From Oscillospiraceae bacterium (lineage in GTDB: Bacteria > Bacillota > Clostridia > Oscillospirales > Oscillospiraceae), in NCBI GenBank assembly GCA_017395085.1, contig JAFPWF010000017.1, positions 1 to 64,000 of the forward strand: a stretch of 64,000 nucleotides of DNA, given 5' to 3'. Under the pieces are notes generated by a model, which saw nothing but the letters and a program-made list of their open reading frames with translations, made no database searches and was not told where the DNA came from. The position numbers and the translations under genes are program-made. This document shows, piece by piece, positions 18,264 through 27,165 of this stretch; the first letter of the stretch is position 1, and each line of letters starts with the position of its first letter.

Positions 18264-18527
18264 ATGCTGGCAAATGCAATAAAATGCCCGATCTGCGGCG
18301 GGAAAGAATTTGAGGAAAACAAGGGGGTCCGGACCTGCCTCTATTGTGGTACACAGTTTCAGATTCCCAAAGAGGAACTGCCGAAAAAGAAATCGGAAAT
18401 TGCTCTGAACAGCGATGTGGAAAGACTCCTTGATAAGTGCAGAAAAGATCCGAAGAACGCACGAAAGTATGCGAATCTGATACTGGATATTGATCCTACA
18501 AATCGCGATGCCCTGAAGTATCTGTGA
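18264..18527 (+). CDS. small zinc-ribbon + TPR-like protein (resembles the TIR protein's N-terminal module)
   Basis: CPICGGKEFEE..CLYCGT followed by a helical TPR-like tail. Confidence 0.4.
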   Translation: MLANAIKCPICGGKEFEENKGVRTCLYCGTQFQIPKEELPKKKSEIALNSDVERLLDKCRKDPKNARKYANLILDIDPTNRDALKYL

Positions 18528-18553
18528 GCAGGATAGGAAAGAGAGGAAAAACC

Positions 18554-19240
18554 ATGAGTAAAAACAAGTTGCGTTTCTATGTCGCCATAGCGATCATTTT
18601 TGTGGTTCTTACCGTGATCGCATTTGCATTGCCACTTGCAAAAACAGCCACTTTTTGGATCAGCTACATCTTCGCTGTGATTGCCCTGGCAGTGCAGATT
18701 TATGCCTATCCCAAGGCGTTTGAGGGAGAGAGCGTTAAGAGCAAATTCTACGGGTTCCCGATCGCTCGGATCACCACAATCTATCTTATCGCCCAGCTTG
18801 TTCTCAGCCTGATTTGCATGCTGGCAGGGAAGTGGGTGCCGGTCTGGATTCCGCTGATCCTGTCTGTGGTGATGTTGGGGGCTGCCGCGGTCGGTTTCAT
18901 TGCTGCCGAAGGAATGCGCGATGAAGTGGAGCGGCAGGATGTGGTGCACAAAGCCAATGTAGGCACCATGCGTGCGCTGCAGTCAAAAGCCGTGTTTATA
19001 ACCAACCAGTGTGAGGATGCATCTACCAAGAAGGCACTTGATGCCTTTGCGGAAGCACTGCGTTTCTCTGATCCGGTCAGCAGCGATGCTCTTGCCGACA
19101 TAGAGGAAAACCTCACCGGCTTGGTGGAAGAACTGGGCAATGCCGTTCTTGACAAGGATTACTCCGCCGCTCAATCGCTCTGCACCAAAGCATCCACCAT
19201 CCTTGCCGACCGCAACCGCATGTGCAAGCTGAATAAATAA
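18554..19240 (+). CDS. integral membrane protein (hypothetical)
   Basis: Four predicted transmembrane helices. RBS GGAAAGAGAGG. Confidence 0.5.
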   Translation: MSKNKLRFYVAIAIIFVVLTVIAFALPLAKTATFWISYIFAVIALAVQIYAYPKAFEGESVKSKFYGFPIARITTIYLIAQLVLSLICMLAGKWVPVWIPLILSVVMLGAAAVGFIAAEGMRDEVERQDVVHKANVGTMRALQSKAVFITNQCEDASTKKALDAFAEALRFSDPVSSDALADIEENLTGLVEELGNAVLDKDYSAAQSLCTKASTILADRNRMCKLNK

Positions 19241-19285
19241 AACTGTATTTTGTCGATAATAAACCGGTTGATAGATTAGATAACA

Positions 19286-19320
19286 AAACCGAGAGGTTAA
19301 TCCCTCTCGGTTGTTTCTTA
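19286..19320. terminator. bidirectional intrinsic terminator (aaccgagagg-ttaatc-cctctcggtt)
   Basis: Perfect 10-bp stem flanked by A-run and T-run, between convergent genes. Confidence 0.55.
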
Positions 19321-19800
19321 TTGCTTGCCACCACAATATTTGCAAAATGTGCTATCCGCTTCAATTGTTTTACCGCAATGTCGGCAATACTTTTTACCTT
19401 CTGATAATACCGAAGATTTTGTATCATCGTATATTCTCGTTCCTCTTTCTTTGTACTCGTTGAGGCAGTTAGTTAATGTATCAAGAATTTCACCAAGTGT
19501 TCTCATGTTTTTGCTTGTGTAAGGAAAATCAAAAAAATTTGAACTTGGTGAGATCCCATTTGCACATAGTATACATTGTCTAACAAGATTGGAAGTATAA
19601 TCAAATAGGTAAAACTTTTTAATATCTCTATACCAAAATGTTGTATTGTATGGTACTTCTTTTTTGTTGATGACACCCTCCAACCAGACTTTTGTAATCG
19701 TAACTTGGTCATCATATATTTCTACTTTACCAGACACAAAACCTTTAAAAAAATCACAATTCTCTTTTGTGAGCAAATAGCTTTTCTTAAAGACGGACAT
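19318..19800 (-). CDS. hypothetical protein with a C-terminal zinc ribbon
   Basis: 160 aa, very low GC. CRHCGKT..CKYCGG at the C-terminus. AAGGAG RBS. Confidence 0.45.
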   Translation of the reverse strand: MSVFKKSYLLTKENCDFFKGFVSGKVEIYDDQVTITKVWLEGVINKKEVPYNTTFWYRDIKKFYLFDYTSNLVRQCILCANGISPSSNFFDFPYTSKNMRTLGEILDTLTNCLNEYKERGTRIYDDTKSSVLSEGKKYCRHCGKTIEADSTFCKYCGGKQ

Positions 19801-20093
19801 TTTTTGATCTACTCCTTTTTTTTTAGAGTTTTTTGGAAAGTAAGCACCCTAGGGGAGAGGGTGTTTTCCTTTGGTTGTCATCTTGGATTTCTTCTCATTA
19901 TATGGGCCGGTATAAACGGAATCGACAATTTGTTTTATTTCTCTGTTTGTGAAGCTCATTGTGTTATAAAAAGCGTTATTTGCTGCATATTTGGCGTTTA
20001 ATACAGTAAGAGTATAAATAATAGTCTACTATCTTGTCAACAAGCATTTTGATTAGAATTAGTCCCACTTGACACGCGTGGTATAATATGCCC

Positions 20094-20240
20094 GAACTCT
20101 CGAAAGAGAGCGGTAAGTAAACAGCCAGCCTATACGAGATGCGCGAGGGACAAGCCCGTTGACCGCACGGCAACCTCCCGGAGAGAAAGGTGCCAAAGCT
20201 TGAACGATAGGTATAATCCAGTCCCGCGACTGGTATTTTT
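20094..20240 (+). ncRNA. candidate small structured RNA / cis-regulatory leader (unidentified class)
   Basis: Extended -10 promoter TGgTATAAT (20079-20087). A ~145-nt GC-rich region with several internal helices. It ends in an intrinsic terminator (ccagtc-ccgc-gactgg + TATTTTT) about 55 nt before the next start codon. Confidence 0.35.
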
Positions 20241-20297
20241 GCACCTGTTTGTAGCAGAATCTGAGAGAAAAGGTATTTTAATTGAAAGAAGAAAGAG

Positions 20298-21182
20298 GTG
20301 TGTAAAGCTTTGCCAGGATTAACAATAGGAAACTTTATTTCACTACTTATTCCAGCAGTTATAATTAGTATCATCCCGCTTGGAATTATAAATTTCATTG
20401 CAGGAATAAGTGAGAATAAGTTTGCAACAAGTAACGCAGGAATGATAATCATAAATGGCGGTGGCGTATTATTAATTACATTTTTGTTATATCTTGGTAC
20501 ATATACTCCATGGAAGAATCAAAACACAGAGACAACGAATCAAATTGAGAATCAAATTGAGGTTGTGACTCCACCGGTCAGTTCCTATAGCATCGAGAAA
20601 AAAGTAGAAAAACAAATTGAAAAAGATGGTTTGAAATCCGATGGGAAGATCCATGTATACCTGGTAGGCAGCGGGGAGACTGTGAAAGCGAAAAAAAGCA
20701 GTTCCATCAAGAGCATGACATATTATGAGGAATCGGATCACCTGATTATCAATTTCAACGGAAAAGAATATGTATTTGCAAATGTCAGTTCGTCTCTCTG
20801 GAAATCCTTCAAGGAAGCTTCCTCATCTGATGCATTCTACGATAGTCATTTCAAAGGGAATAAGTCTTATTGGATCAATGACTATAACGGCAAAAACGGC
20901 GATAAAATAGTTATGGAACATGTGAGTTCGACCGCACAATCGTACAGCTCGTCGGACTATGGCTATTCAAGATCTTCAAGCAAGAGCATCGAATCAGAAT
21001 ATGCTGAATGTAAAGATTGTGGCAGAATATACAGCAAAGATGAGATGTGGGAATTAGGCGGATATTATATCTGTGAGAACTGCGTTGAGGATGGGGAGTA
21101 TATCTGGGATGAAGGTTCTGGAGAACTATATTATGAAGATGATTATTGGGATATGATGCATGAGCGGGAATTTGGTTATTAA
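20298..21182 (+). CDS. membrane protein with a KTSC domain and a C-terminal zinc ribbon
   Basis: N-terminal transmembrane helices. KTSC-like block (IKSMTYYEESDHLIINFNGKEYVFANVSSSLWKSFKEASS). CKDCGR..CENC. Confidence 0.45.
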   Translation: MCKALPGLTIGNFISLLIPAVIISIIPLGIINFIAGISENKFATSNAGMIIINGGGVLLITFLLYLGTYTPWKNQNTETTNQIENQIEVVTPPVSSYSIEKKVEKQIEKDGLKSDGKIHVYLVGSGETVKAKKSSSIKSMTYYEESDHLIINFNGKEYVFANVSSSLWKSFKEASSSDAFYDSHFKGNKSYWINDYNGKNGDKIVMEHVSSTAQSYSSSDYGYSRSSSKSIESEYAECKDCGRIYSKDEMWELGGYYICENCVEDGEYIWDEGSGELYYEDDYWDMMHEREFGY

Positions 21183-21221
21183 AATGATATAATACTTGAG
21201 ATTAGGAAATAGAGTGTTGTA

Positions 21222-21262
21222 ACAAACCGCTCCAGCTGTGTCAGTTGGAGCGGTTTTCTATT
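21222..21262. terminator. bidirectional intrinsic terminator (aaccgctccagctg / gttggagcggtttt)
   Basis: 11-bp stem with flanking A/T runs, between convergent genes. Confidence 0.55.
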
Positions 21263-21290
21263 GTTTTTGTTTGTGGCCGTCTTTTCGCGG

Positions 21291-21845
21291 TTAAGTGTTT
21301 TCTGCTTCAATAAGGGCAATCATCTCCGACTCGAGATTAGGCTGGGCGTCATATTCTTCTTTTGTTGCAATGCGTGTAATATATCTGGTTGGCGTTGCTA
21401 GGCCTGGCAAACCTTGTGCTCTGTAAATCCCACAGGATTGAACCTGCCCGATAATAGGCATGTCTCTGCTCCCAAAAGGAACTTCGACATAGGTGCAGGA
21501 GGGTATGTGCCCCATATTGCTGATATAGGGATATACTGACATGATATCTTCGAAGCCTACATCGCAGCACCAGTAACAGGGCGTTTCGTGAAAGATTGTG
21601 AAAGCTAAACTGGATAAAACTGGCATATCGATACTGTCGATGCATGCTGTTTCCAGATATATATTTTCTTTTCTTGCCGCGTCAAGCAGTGCATAGTGAA
21701 TCCAATTAATGTCTTCCTGCTCGAAGAATAGAAGCCCCAGTTCATTTATGAGGTCATCGGTGCGGGCAACCGCTCCGTTAGGCAGAGCGCGGATTCTTGT
21801 CATGAGCTGTTCTGTAATTGCTGGGATTTCTTTGTTTGTTTTCAT
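21291..21845 (-). CDS. hypothetical protein
   Basis: 184-aa ORF on the reverse strand with an RBS and a consistent coding pattern. Confidence 0.4.
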   Translation of the reverse strand: MKTNKEIPAITEQLMTRIRALPNGAVARTDDLINELGLLFFEQEDINWIHYALLDAARKENIYLETACIDSIDMPVLSSLAFTIFHETPCYWCCDVGFEDIMSVYPYISNMGHIPSCTYVEVPFGSRDMPIIGQVQSCGIYRAQGLPGLATPTRYITRIATKEEYDAQPNLESEMIALIEAENT

Positions 21846-22179
21846 TACGAGCCCCCGAAAATGTGTTCTGCAGATATTTGTTTAAAATCGTATCGATTAT
21901 ACCAGATGGAATGAGGTGTTGGTCAAGGCACAATCGATTGCTTCATATCTTTTCTTGTGCCCTCATTATACTCCGAATATTGTCATTATAATACGACAGG
22001 TTCATCAGAAGGGCTAGAAAATGCTGCAATACGAATCGTCAACATCATAAAAATGATCAAATAATACCTTAGGTGTTCTTAAACAGCGACAACACCTGGG
22101 CTTTTTTCTGTTGCGGGCATTATTAATGCAATGATATAATAAAAAACTAAGAATAACATGGTCTTTTAGGAGAAAAAAG

Positions 22180-23154
22180 ATGGCGAATATGAACCGTTCG
22201 AGAATCTTGTATATTCTGCAAATCCTCCAAGAGGGTTCCGATCAGGAGCATCCGGTCACGATAGTAGAGATTATCACACAGCTCCAGGAACGCTGGGGAA
22301 TTGAGGCATATCGCATCACTGTCCAGAATGATATCGAAGCGCTTGTGGAGGCCGGTTATCCGATTGGCGTTATCAGGTCTACACAGAATAAATACTTTAT
22401 CCAGGAACATCATTTCTCGTTGCCGGAATTGAAACTCTTGGTTGACGCTGTTGCCTCGGGCAAGTTTATAACTCAGAAGAAGAGCCAAGTGTTGACGGTA
22501 AAGTTAACATCGATGACAAGCGTCCATCAAGCTGGTGCTTTGAAGCGCAATATCAGTCTGACAGATCGCGTAAAAACGGAAAATGAGGCCGGCTATGAGA
22601 TTATGGATGCGCTGAACACGGCTATCAATGCCGGCGTCAAAGTTAGTTTTCATTATTATGAGTTTAGTGGTACAAAGCGGCGTAAATTAAAGAATGATGG
22701 GGATCCGTACATTCTCAGTCCGTATACGCTGACCTGGAATGGTGATTTCTATTATGTAGTGGGCTGGTCTGATAAACACGGCAAAGTGGCAGTTTTCCGT
22801 GTGGATCGTATAGATGATACTCCGGTACTTCTGGATGAGCCAGCAGTAAAAAAGCCTAAGGGATATAATATCGGTGCGTTTACAGTGAAGGCCTTTCGGA
22901 TGTTCGACAGCGACCATGTAATGGTATCGCTTCTTTGTGAGAACAGTGCGATGAATACTGTGATAGATCACTTTGGCACAAAGGTGAAACCCAAAGCCGT
23001 AGATGAGGATCACTTCCAGGTAAACGTCGAAGTGTCTGCAAGCCCGACATTTTTCTCTTGGATTTTTGAGTTTGGCGGCATGATAAAGATACTGGGACCC
23101 AACAAGGTTAGAGATCAATACCGGGACATGTTGTGGAGAGCGTTGAAAGACTAG
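22180..23154 (+). CDS. brxR: BrxR-like transcriptional regulator (wHTH + WYL + C-terminal extension)
   Basis: 324 aa with an N-terminal HTH (ILYILQILQEGSDQEHPVTIVEIITQL). Size and architecture match WYL-domain regulators. It sits immediately upstream of a BREX-like operon and has a paralog at 41878. Confidence 0.65.
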   Translation: MANMNRSRILYILQILQEGSDQEHPVTIVEIITQLQERWGIEAYRITVQNDIEALVEAGYPIGVIRSTQNKYFIQEHHFSLPELKLLVDAVASGKFITQKKSQVLTVKLTSMTSVHQAGALKRNISLTDRVKTENEAGYEIMDALNTAINAGVKVSFHYYEFSGTKRRKLKNDGDPYILSPYTLTWNGDFYYVVGWSDKHGKVAVFRVDRIDDTPVLLDEPAVKKPKGYNIGAFTVKAFRMFDSDHVMVSLLCENSAMNTVIDHFGTKVKPKAVDEDHFQVNVEVSASPTFFSWIFEFGGMIKILGPNKVRDQYRDMLWRALKD

Positions 23155-23242
23155 AAGTTTTGTTGCAATCCCACTGTTTTTATAGGTATATCTCATGATA
23201 AAACTTGTTAAACAGTTCTGTGTTTGATATAATATTCAATTA

Positions 23243-26200
23243 GTGTTTTTGAGACTGGATAATGTGAATAAATCCTGGAGAGGCGGGTGGAAGCAAGTGA
23301 AGACAAACAAAGAGCTTTTTGCCGATTGGCTGTCCGAAATAGTTTCATCTTCCCGTGTGCCCGCCTGTTTGAGCGCTATGGATCTGATCCAGGAAATAGG
23401 GCATAAGAAGCATGTTTTCCAGGGAAATATTTATGATATTAAAGATCCCGAGATATCAAGAAAGCTGTTTTATACGATTCTGGAAGATGGATATTTATCC
23501 TTAATGCATAGTGAGAGTAAAAGAACGGTTAAGGATGTTGCCACTCTTTTCCACAAGTATATAAGTGAGAAGAATCCGGCAAGTGAAAAAGAGAAGGCGG
23601 TAAAGGTTGACACTCCTGCCGAGCAAGTTGTACGGCGGGAGAGAACCTACGTTCATGAAGATGTCGAAGAGTTCTATTCCTGGCTCAGCAGGAATGATTC
23701 TCTTTCTGCTACTGAATGCAAATCATTAGTGTCGGCACTGAGAGTCGCGGAACTGTTTGCGCAGGAAAACATTTCCGAGGGACTGGCACTGTTTTCTGAT
23801 GATCCTGATGTTGTCAATAAGACAATAGATTTGCTGTCTCAGGATCCGAACTTTAAAAGGAAGAATGATGAGCGTAAGGGAAGATATTTCATAGCTCTTG
23901 GGATTCTTCGTGCGTTCAATAACAGTAAAGAGAGTAAGGGAAATATGCCTGCAGCATCGAAAGTAGCAGAGGGGCAAGAGCAAATGGAAGATCCACTGCT
24001 GGCTTTAGTGATTAGCAAGGGAATTGAGTATATAGATAATCGGGGTAAAGGCGGTCGCCTCTGGTTAATCGGAGATCTTTCTCTGCGTGATAAAATATTA
24101 GAAATACAGGAAAAGGGCTATCGTTCGTTTTATATAGAGAGAGGGTGCAAGACGACTGGTTTTCGCAGTGCATGGTATGTGGATGTAAAGCCTGGGAGCA
24201 TGTATAAGAAAACAAAGGCTAAAGCTTCCGGTGATGAAAGGAAGAAAAAGGAAGCATCCAAATTACAGAAGCCCGCAGTAGAAAAAACGGCGGAAAAGAA
24301 GCAAAAAAAAGATGTTCTGATTGAACTGCTGAAGAGCAAAGGACTCAAATTTATTGACGACCGAACGAACGGCGGTCCGGTTTGGCTCATAGGGGGATTA
24401 GAACTTCAGGATGTAATAAGAAATCTTCGTGATGAGGGCTATTCTTTCTACTACAGTGTTGCCGGTACCGCAGCTACTGAATATCAAAGCGGCTGGTTTC
24501 TCGTAGAAAAATCGAGTGGTTCAAAAACTGGTTCTAAGCCCGAGGTGGGGAAAAAAGAAGCAGCAAAAAAACAAGGTAAAAGTGCTGCGGCATCGGTTGC
24601 TGCCGGACAGGGTAAGGCGATAAAACCGCAAGTTGCTGAGCAGGCGAAACAGGCTGCTCCGGCTAAGGTGATGTCTCCGAACCTCTGTAAATTGCTTGCC
24701 GATGATGATATGGCCGAATTGCGGGAGGAACTGGCTCGGCAGGGCGTCATCACGATGGATCAGTTTAAGACCGTTTCTCTCTGGCCTTTCTTAAACCGAT
24801 ATACGAATTATAGTATCAGTAAGCGGCAGGATATTATAAAGCGCATCAACAAGCGGCTTTGTAATCCTGCGCCGGTTGATACCTCGACACAATACTGCAT
24901 TAAAACTACAAATGCCAGATATTATGGCAATACGCCAGCGGAAGCTTTCGTAAGTTTCTGCGAGTATCTTGCGCAAAAATACCCTTTGAAAATCCGCACC
25001 TTAATCGGCGCACAGTATAACGGTCAGGGTTCCGTTGTCCTTTACAGGGAAGACCAAAAAGGCAATTCGCCGAGATTGACAAATCCGGTAGCGTACGTAA
25101 ATTCTGATTTGACTGAGCAGGCTGCTTTCCATTATGGCAAGTGGCTCAGTGAAATGTGTGGGGATAAAGACTATCCGGTAGAAGTAAAAAAACCTCGGGT
25201 CATCCCGCAGTACAATGATGTGAATCGGGATGCCGTAAAACAGAGTTCGGCAGCCTCAAAGCAAAAGACCGAACAGCGTGCCGGTTCTGTGAGCAGTTCT
25301 GCTCAAAAAACAAAAGCGACGGGCTCAGCAGCTTCAGCTGTCGCTTCATCCGATCAGGGAACTCAAACGGTAAGCAAAGCCGATATTACCAAGGTGGATC
25401 GTGCTGTTTTAAAAGCTGATCTGTCCGGTATCACAGTTGAAAAACTGAGTGAGAAAACTCAGTTTTCAGTTGCTGCAACGAGAAGAATAGTCGCTGCGGA
25501 TCCGAAGATCGTTCAACTTGGCGACAAGCTGGTGCATGAAAATGCATTTGTCGATTGGGAAGATGGCGCGGACAAGCTGGAAGAGATACTGGAGAAGCTG
25601 CTGGACAGAAATGACGGTTATATATCAGCGGCGAAACTATATGAATATGCGCGCTCCGAGATGTATATGTTCCTGAACGATAACGACATGGACGATGAAG
25701 GGTCAGTTTATGAATTGGCCCGGCATCTTTTTGAAAAAGTCGGCTATCATGGGAAAAAGCTGGTCTTTCAATCTAAGACTCATATTTCCCGCAATGAAGC
25801 TGCAGTTACAAGCGTTGTAGATTTGATCCATAACTTTGCACAGCCGGATGGTGGCTTTTTCCGCGAATCTGAATTGATTGAGTACCTGCAGAGCGTGGGT
25901 GTAAAAACAGGTAATCTGCGCGGCGGTTTGATGAAGGTATACACAGAACCGAGTTTTTTGTTCTATGATGAAGGTGTATTTCTGGAAGCAAAGTGCATCA
26001 GGATGGACGATGCCTGGTTTTCAGAGGTGAAGTCGGCGTTAGATAATTTGTTTAATGATCTTGGCGATCACATTGTAATCCGTGATATCCAGCCCTGGTG
26101 GTTTTATCAGTTGCCTGGGCTTCCCGGGGGAAAACAATGGACTCCGGTTTTGCTCCAGAGTGTATTGTACTTCTTCGGCGACAAGGTCGGTGGGGCGCGG

Positions 26201-26479
26201 ACAATTAAAGGTTTAAGTGGCCAGAGCGGTGACACGATTCATGCGATGTTGGTCAGCAAGGATAGCGAAATACAGACTTTCCCGGATGCGGTAGTGGCAG
26301 TTATAGTTGATGAGGGAATTCAGCAGAGGGATTTTGAGACGGAAGAATTGCGTCAGATTCTGATCAAGCGTGGTATGGTAGCAGGGAACGAACTGCTATA
26401 TACGATGCCCAAGGCGTTGGCTGATGACGGCCGTTTTGCATGGGATGCCGCTGGTCAGCGTGTGGTTGTGAAGGTGTGA
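23243..26479 (+). CDS. large hypothetical protein (1078 aa) with a tandem internal ~65-aa repeat and Lys-rich linkers
   Basis: Repeats KGIEYIDNRGKGGRLWLIGDLSL..GYRSFYIERG and KGLKFIDDRTNGGPVWLIGGLEL..GYSFYYSVAG. No catalytic motif recognised. The start may be the GTG at 23297. Confidence 0.5.
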   Translation: MFLRLDNVNKSWRGGWKQVKTNKELFADWLSEIVSSSRVPACLSAMDLIQEIGHKKHVFQGNIYDIKDPEISRKLFYTILEDGYLSLMHSESKRTVKDVATLFHKYISEKNPASEKEKAVKVDTPAEQVVRRERTYVHEDVEEFYSWLSRNDSLSATECKSLVSALRVAELFAQENISEGLALFSDDPDVVNKTIDLLSQDPNFKRKNDERKGRYFIALGILRAFNNSKESKGNMPAASKVAEGQEQMEDPLLALVISKGIEYIDNRGKGGRLWLIGDLSLRDKILEIQEKGYRSFYIERGCKTTGFRSAWYVDVKPGSMYKKTKAKASGDERKKKEASKLQKPAVEKTAEKKQKKDVLIELLKSKGLKFIDDRTNGGPVWLIGGLELQDVIRNLRDEGYSFYYSVAGTAATEYQSGWFLVEKSSGSKTGSKPEVGKKEAAKKQGKSAAASVAAGQGKAIKPQVAEQAKQAAPAKVMSPNLCKLLADDDMAELREELARQGVITMDQFKTVSLWPFLNRYTNYSISKRQDIIKRINKRLCNPAPVDTSTQYCIKTTNARYYGNTPAEAFVSFCEYLAQKYPLKIRTLIGAQYNGQGSVVLYREDQKGNSPRLTNPVAYVNSDLTEQAAFHYGKWLSEMCGDKDYPVEVKKPRVIPQYNDVNRDAVKQSSAASKQKTEQRAGSVSSSAQKTKATGSAASAVASSDQGTQTVSKADITKVDRAVLKADLSGITVEKLSEKTQFSVAATRRIVAADPKIVQLGDKLVHENAFVDWEDGADKLEEILEKLLDRNDGYISAAKLYEYARSEMYMFLNDNDMDDEGSVYELARHLFEKVGYHGKKLVFQSKTHISRNEAAVTSVVDLIHNFAQPDGGFFRESELIEYLQSVGVKTGNLRGGLMKVYTEPSFLFYDEGVFLEAKCIRMDDAWFSEVKSALDNLFNDLGDHIVIRDIQPWWFYQLPGLPGGKQWTPVLLQSVLYFFGDKVGGARTIKGLSGQSGDTIHAMLVSKDSEIQTFPDAVVAVIVDEGIQQRDFETEELRQILIKRGMVAGNELLYTMPKALADDGRFAWDAAGQRVVVKV

Positions 26480-26482
26480 TCT

Positions 26483-27151
26483 ATGGCTAATGCTAGTTTT
26501 ACAAGAGATGAAGCTATTCTTGCATTAGATGTGCTATATCGTTCTAGTGGGCAACTCCCGTCTGCAAATTCAGAAGAGATCAAAGAGCTTTGCGGAGTAT
26601 TACAAGAACTTCCTATTCATCCGAAAGAGAATCGGAGAGTTGATTTTAGGAATGAGAGTGGTGTGAGAAATCAATTAGCTCTTTTCAAAAAAAGTTTTAA
26701 AAAAGGAGAAAAGGATCCTAACGTTGGAGCTGTCTTTTATTCAATAGCGATCGAATTCGAGAACAATTTGGAAGAATTACATCGAATTGCTAATGGTATT
26801 CGTAAAAACGTGACCTGTTTTAACAACCTGTTTGGTTCCGACTCTGAAGATGAGGGTTTTCCGGAAGGTGTTCTACTTGGTCATGCATATCGTGTGATTG
26901 AAAGAAGAGATGGGAAAAAGTGTAAGCTTGAACAAAGGTGTTCAATTTGCCAGATTGAACCAGATGTAATGTACCAGAAGGGAGATAGAATTCTTGAAGC
27001 TCATCTGATAGTAGATCCCTGTGATATAGTAGTCTCAAAAAAGTATTCAGCGCGTTGCTTTATTACAGTATGCCCAACATGCCACGCTGCATTACATAAG
27101 TATAGACCTTGGTTAAAGAAAAATGATTGTTCAATAATACTCCGCAGATAA
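26483..27151 (+). CDS. HNH-type nuclease domain protein
   Basis: C-terminal CSICQ...EAHLIVDPCD...CPTCHAALHKY matches the Cys-pair plus His HNH arrangement. Coupled to the upstream gene with a 3-nt gap. Confidence 0.45.
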   Translation: MANASFTRDEAILALDVLYRSSGQLPSANSEEIKELCGVLQELPIHPKENRRVDFRNESGVRNQLALFKKSFKKGEKDPNVGAVFYSIAIEFENNLEELHRIANGIRKNVTCFNNLFGSDSEDEGFPEGVLLGHAYRVIERRDGKKCKLEQRCSICQIEPDVMYQKGDRILEAHLIVDPCDIVVSKKYSARCFITVCPTCHAALHKYRPWLKKNDCSIILRR

Positions 27152-27165
27152 AGGAGTGATAACCT

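Noticed and set aside
20068-20073. TTGACA as a -35 box for the small RNA promoter
   Set aside because: It is only ~8 nt from the -10. The promoter call instead relies on the extended -10 TGnTATAAT.
19976-20452. 158-aa - strand ORF
   Set aside because: Overlaps the promoter/terminator-delimited RNA and the start of the + strand membrane-protein gene. The AT-rich, hydrophobic translation is likely spurious.
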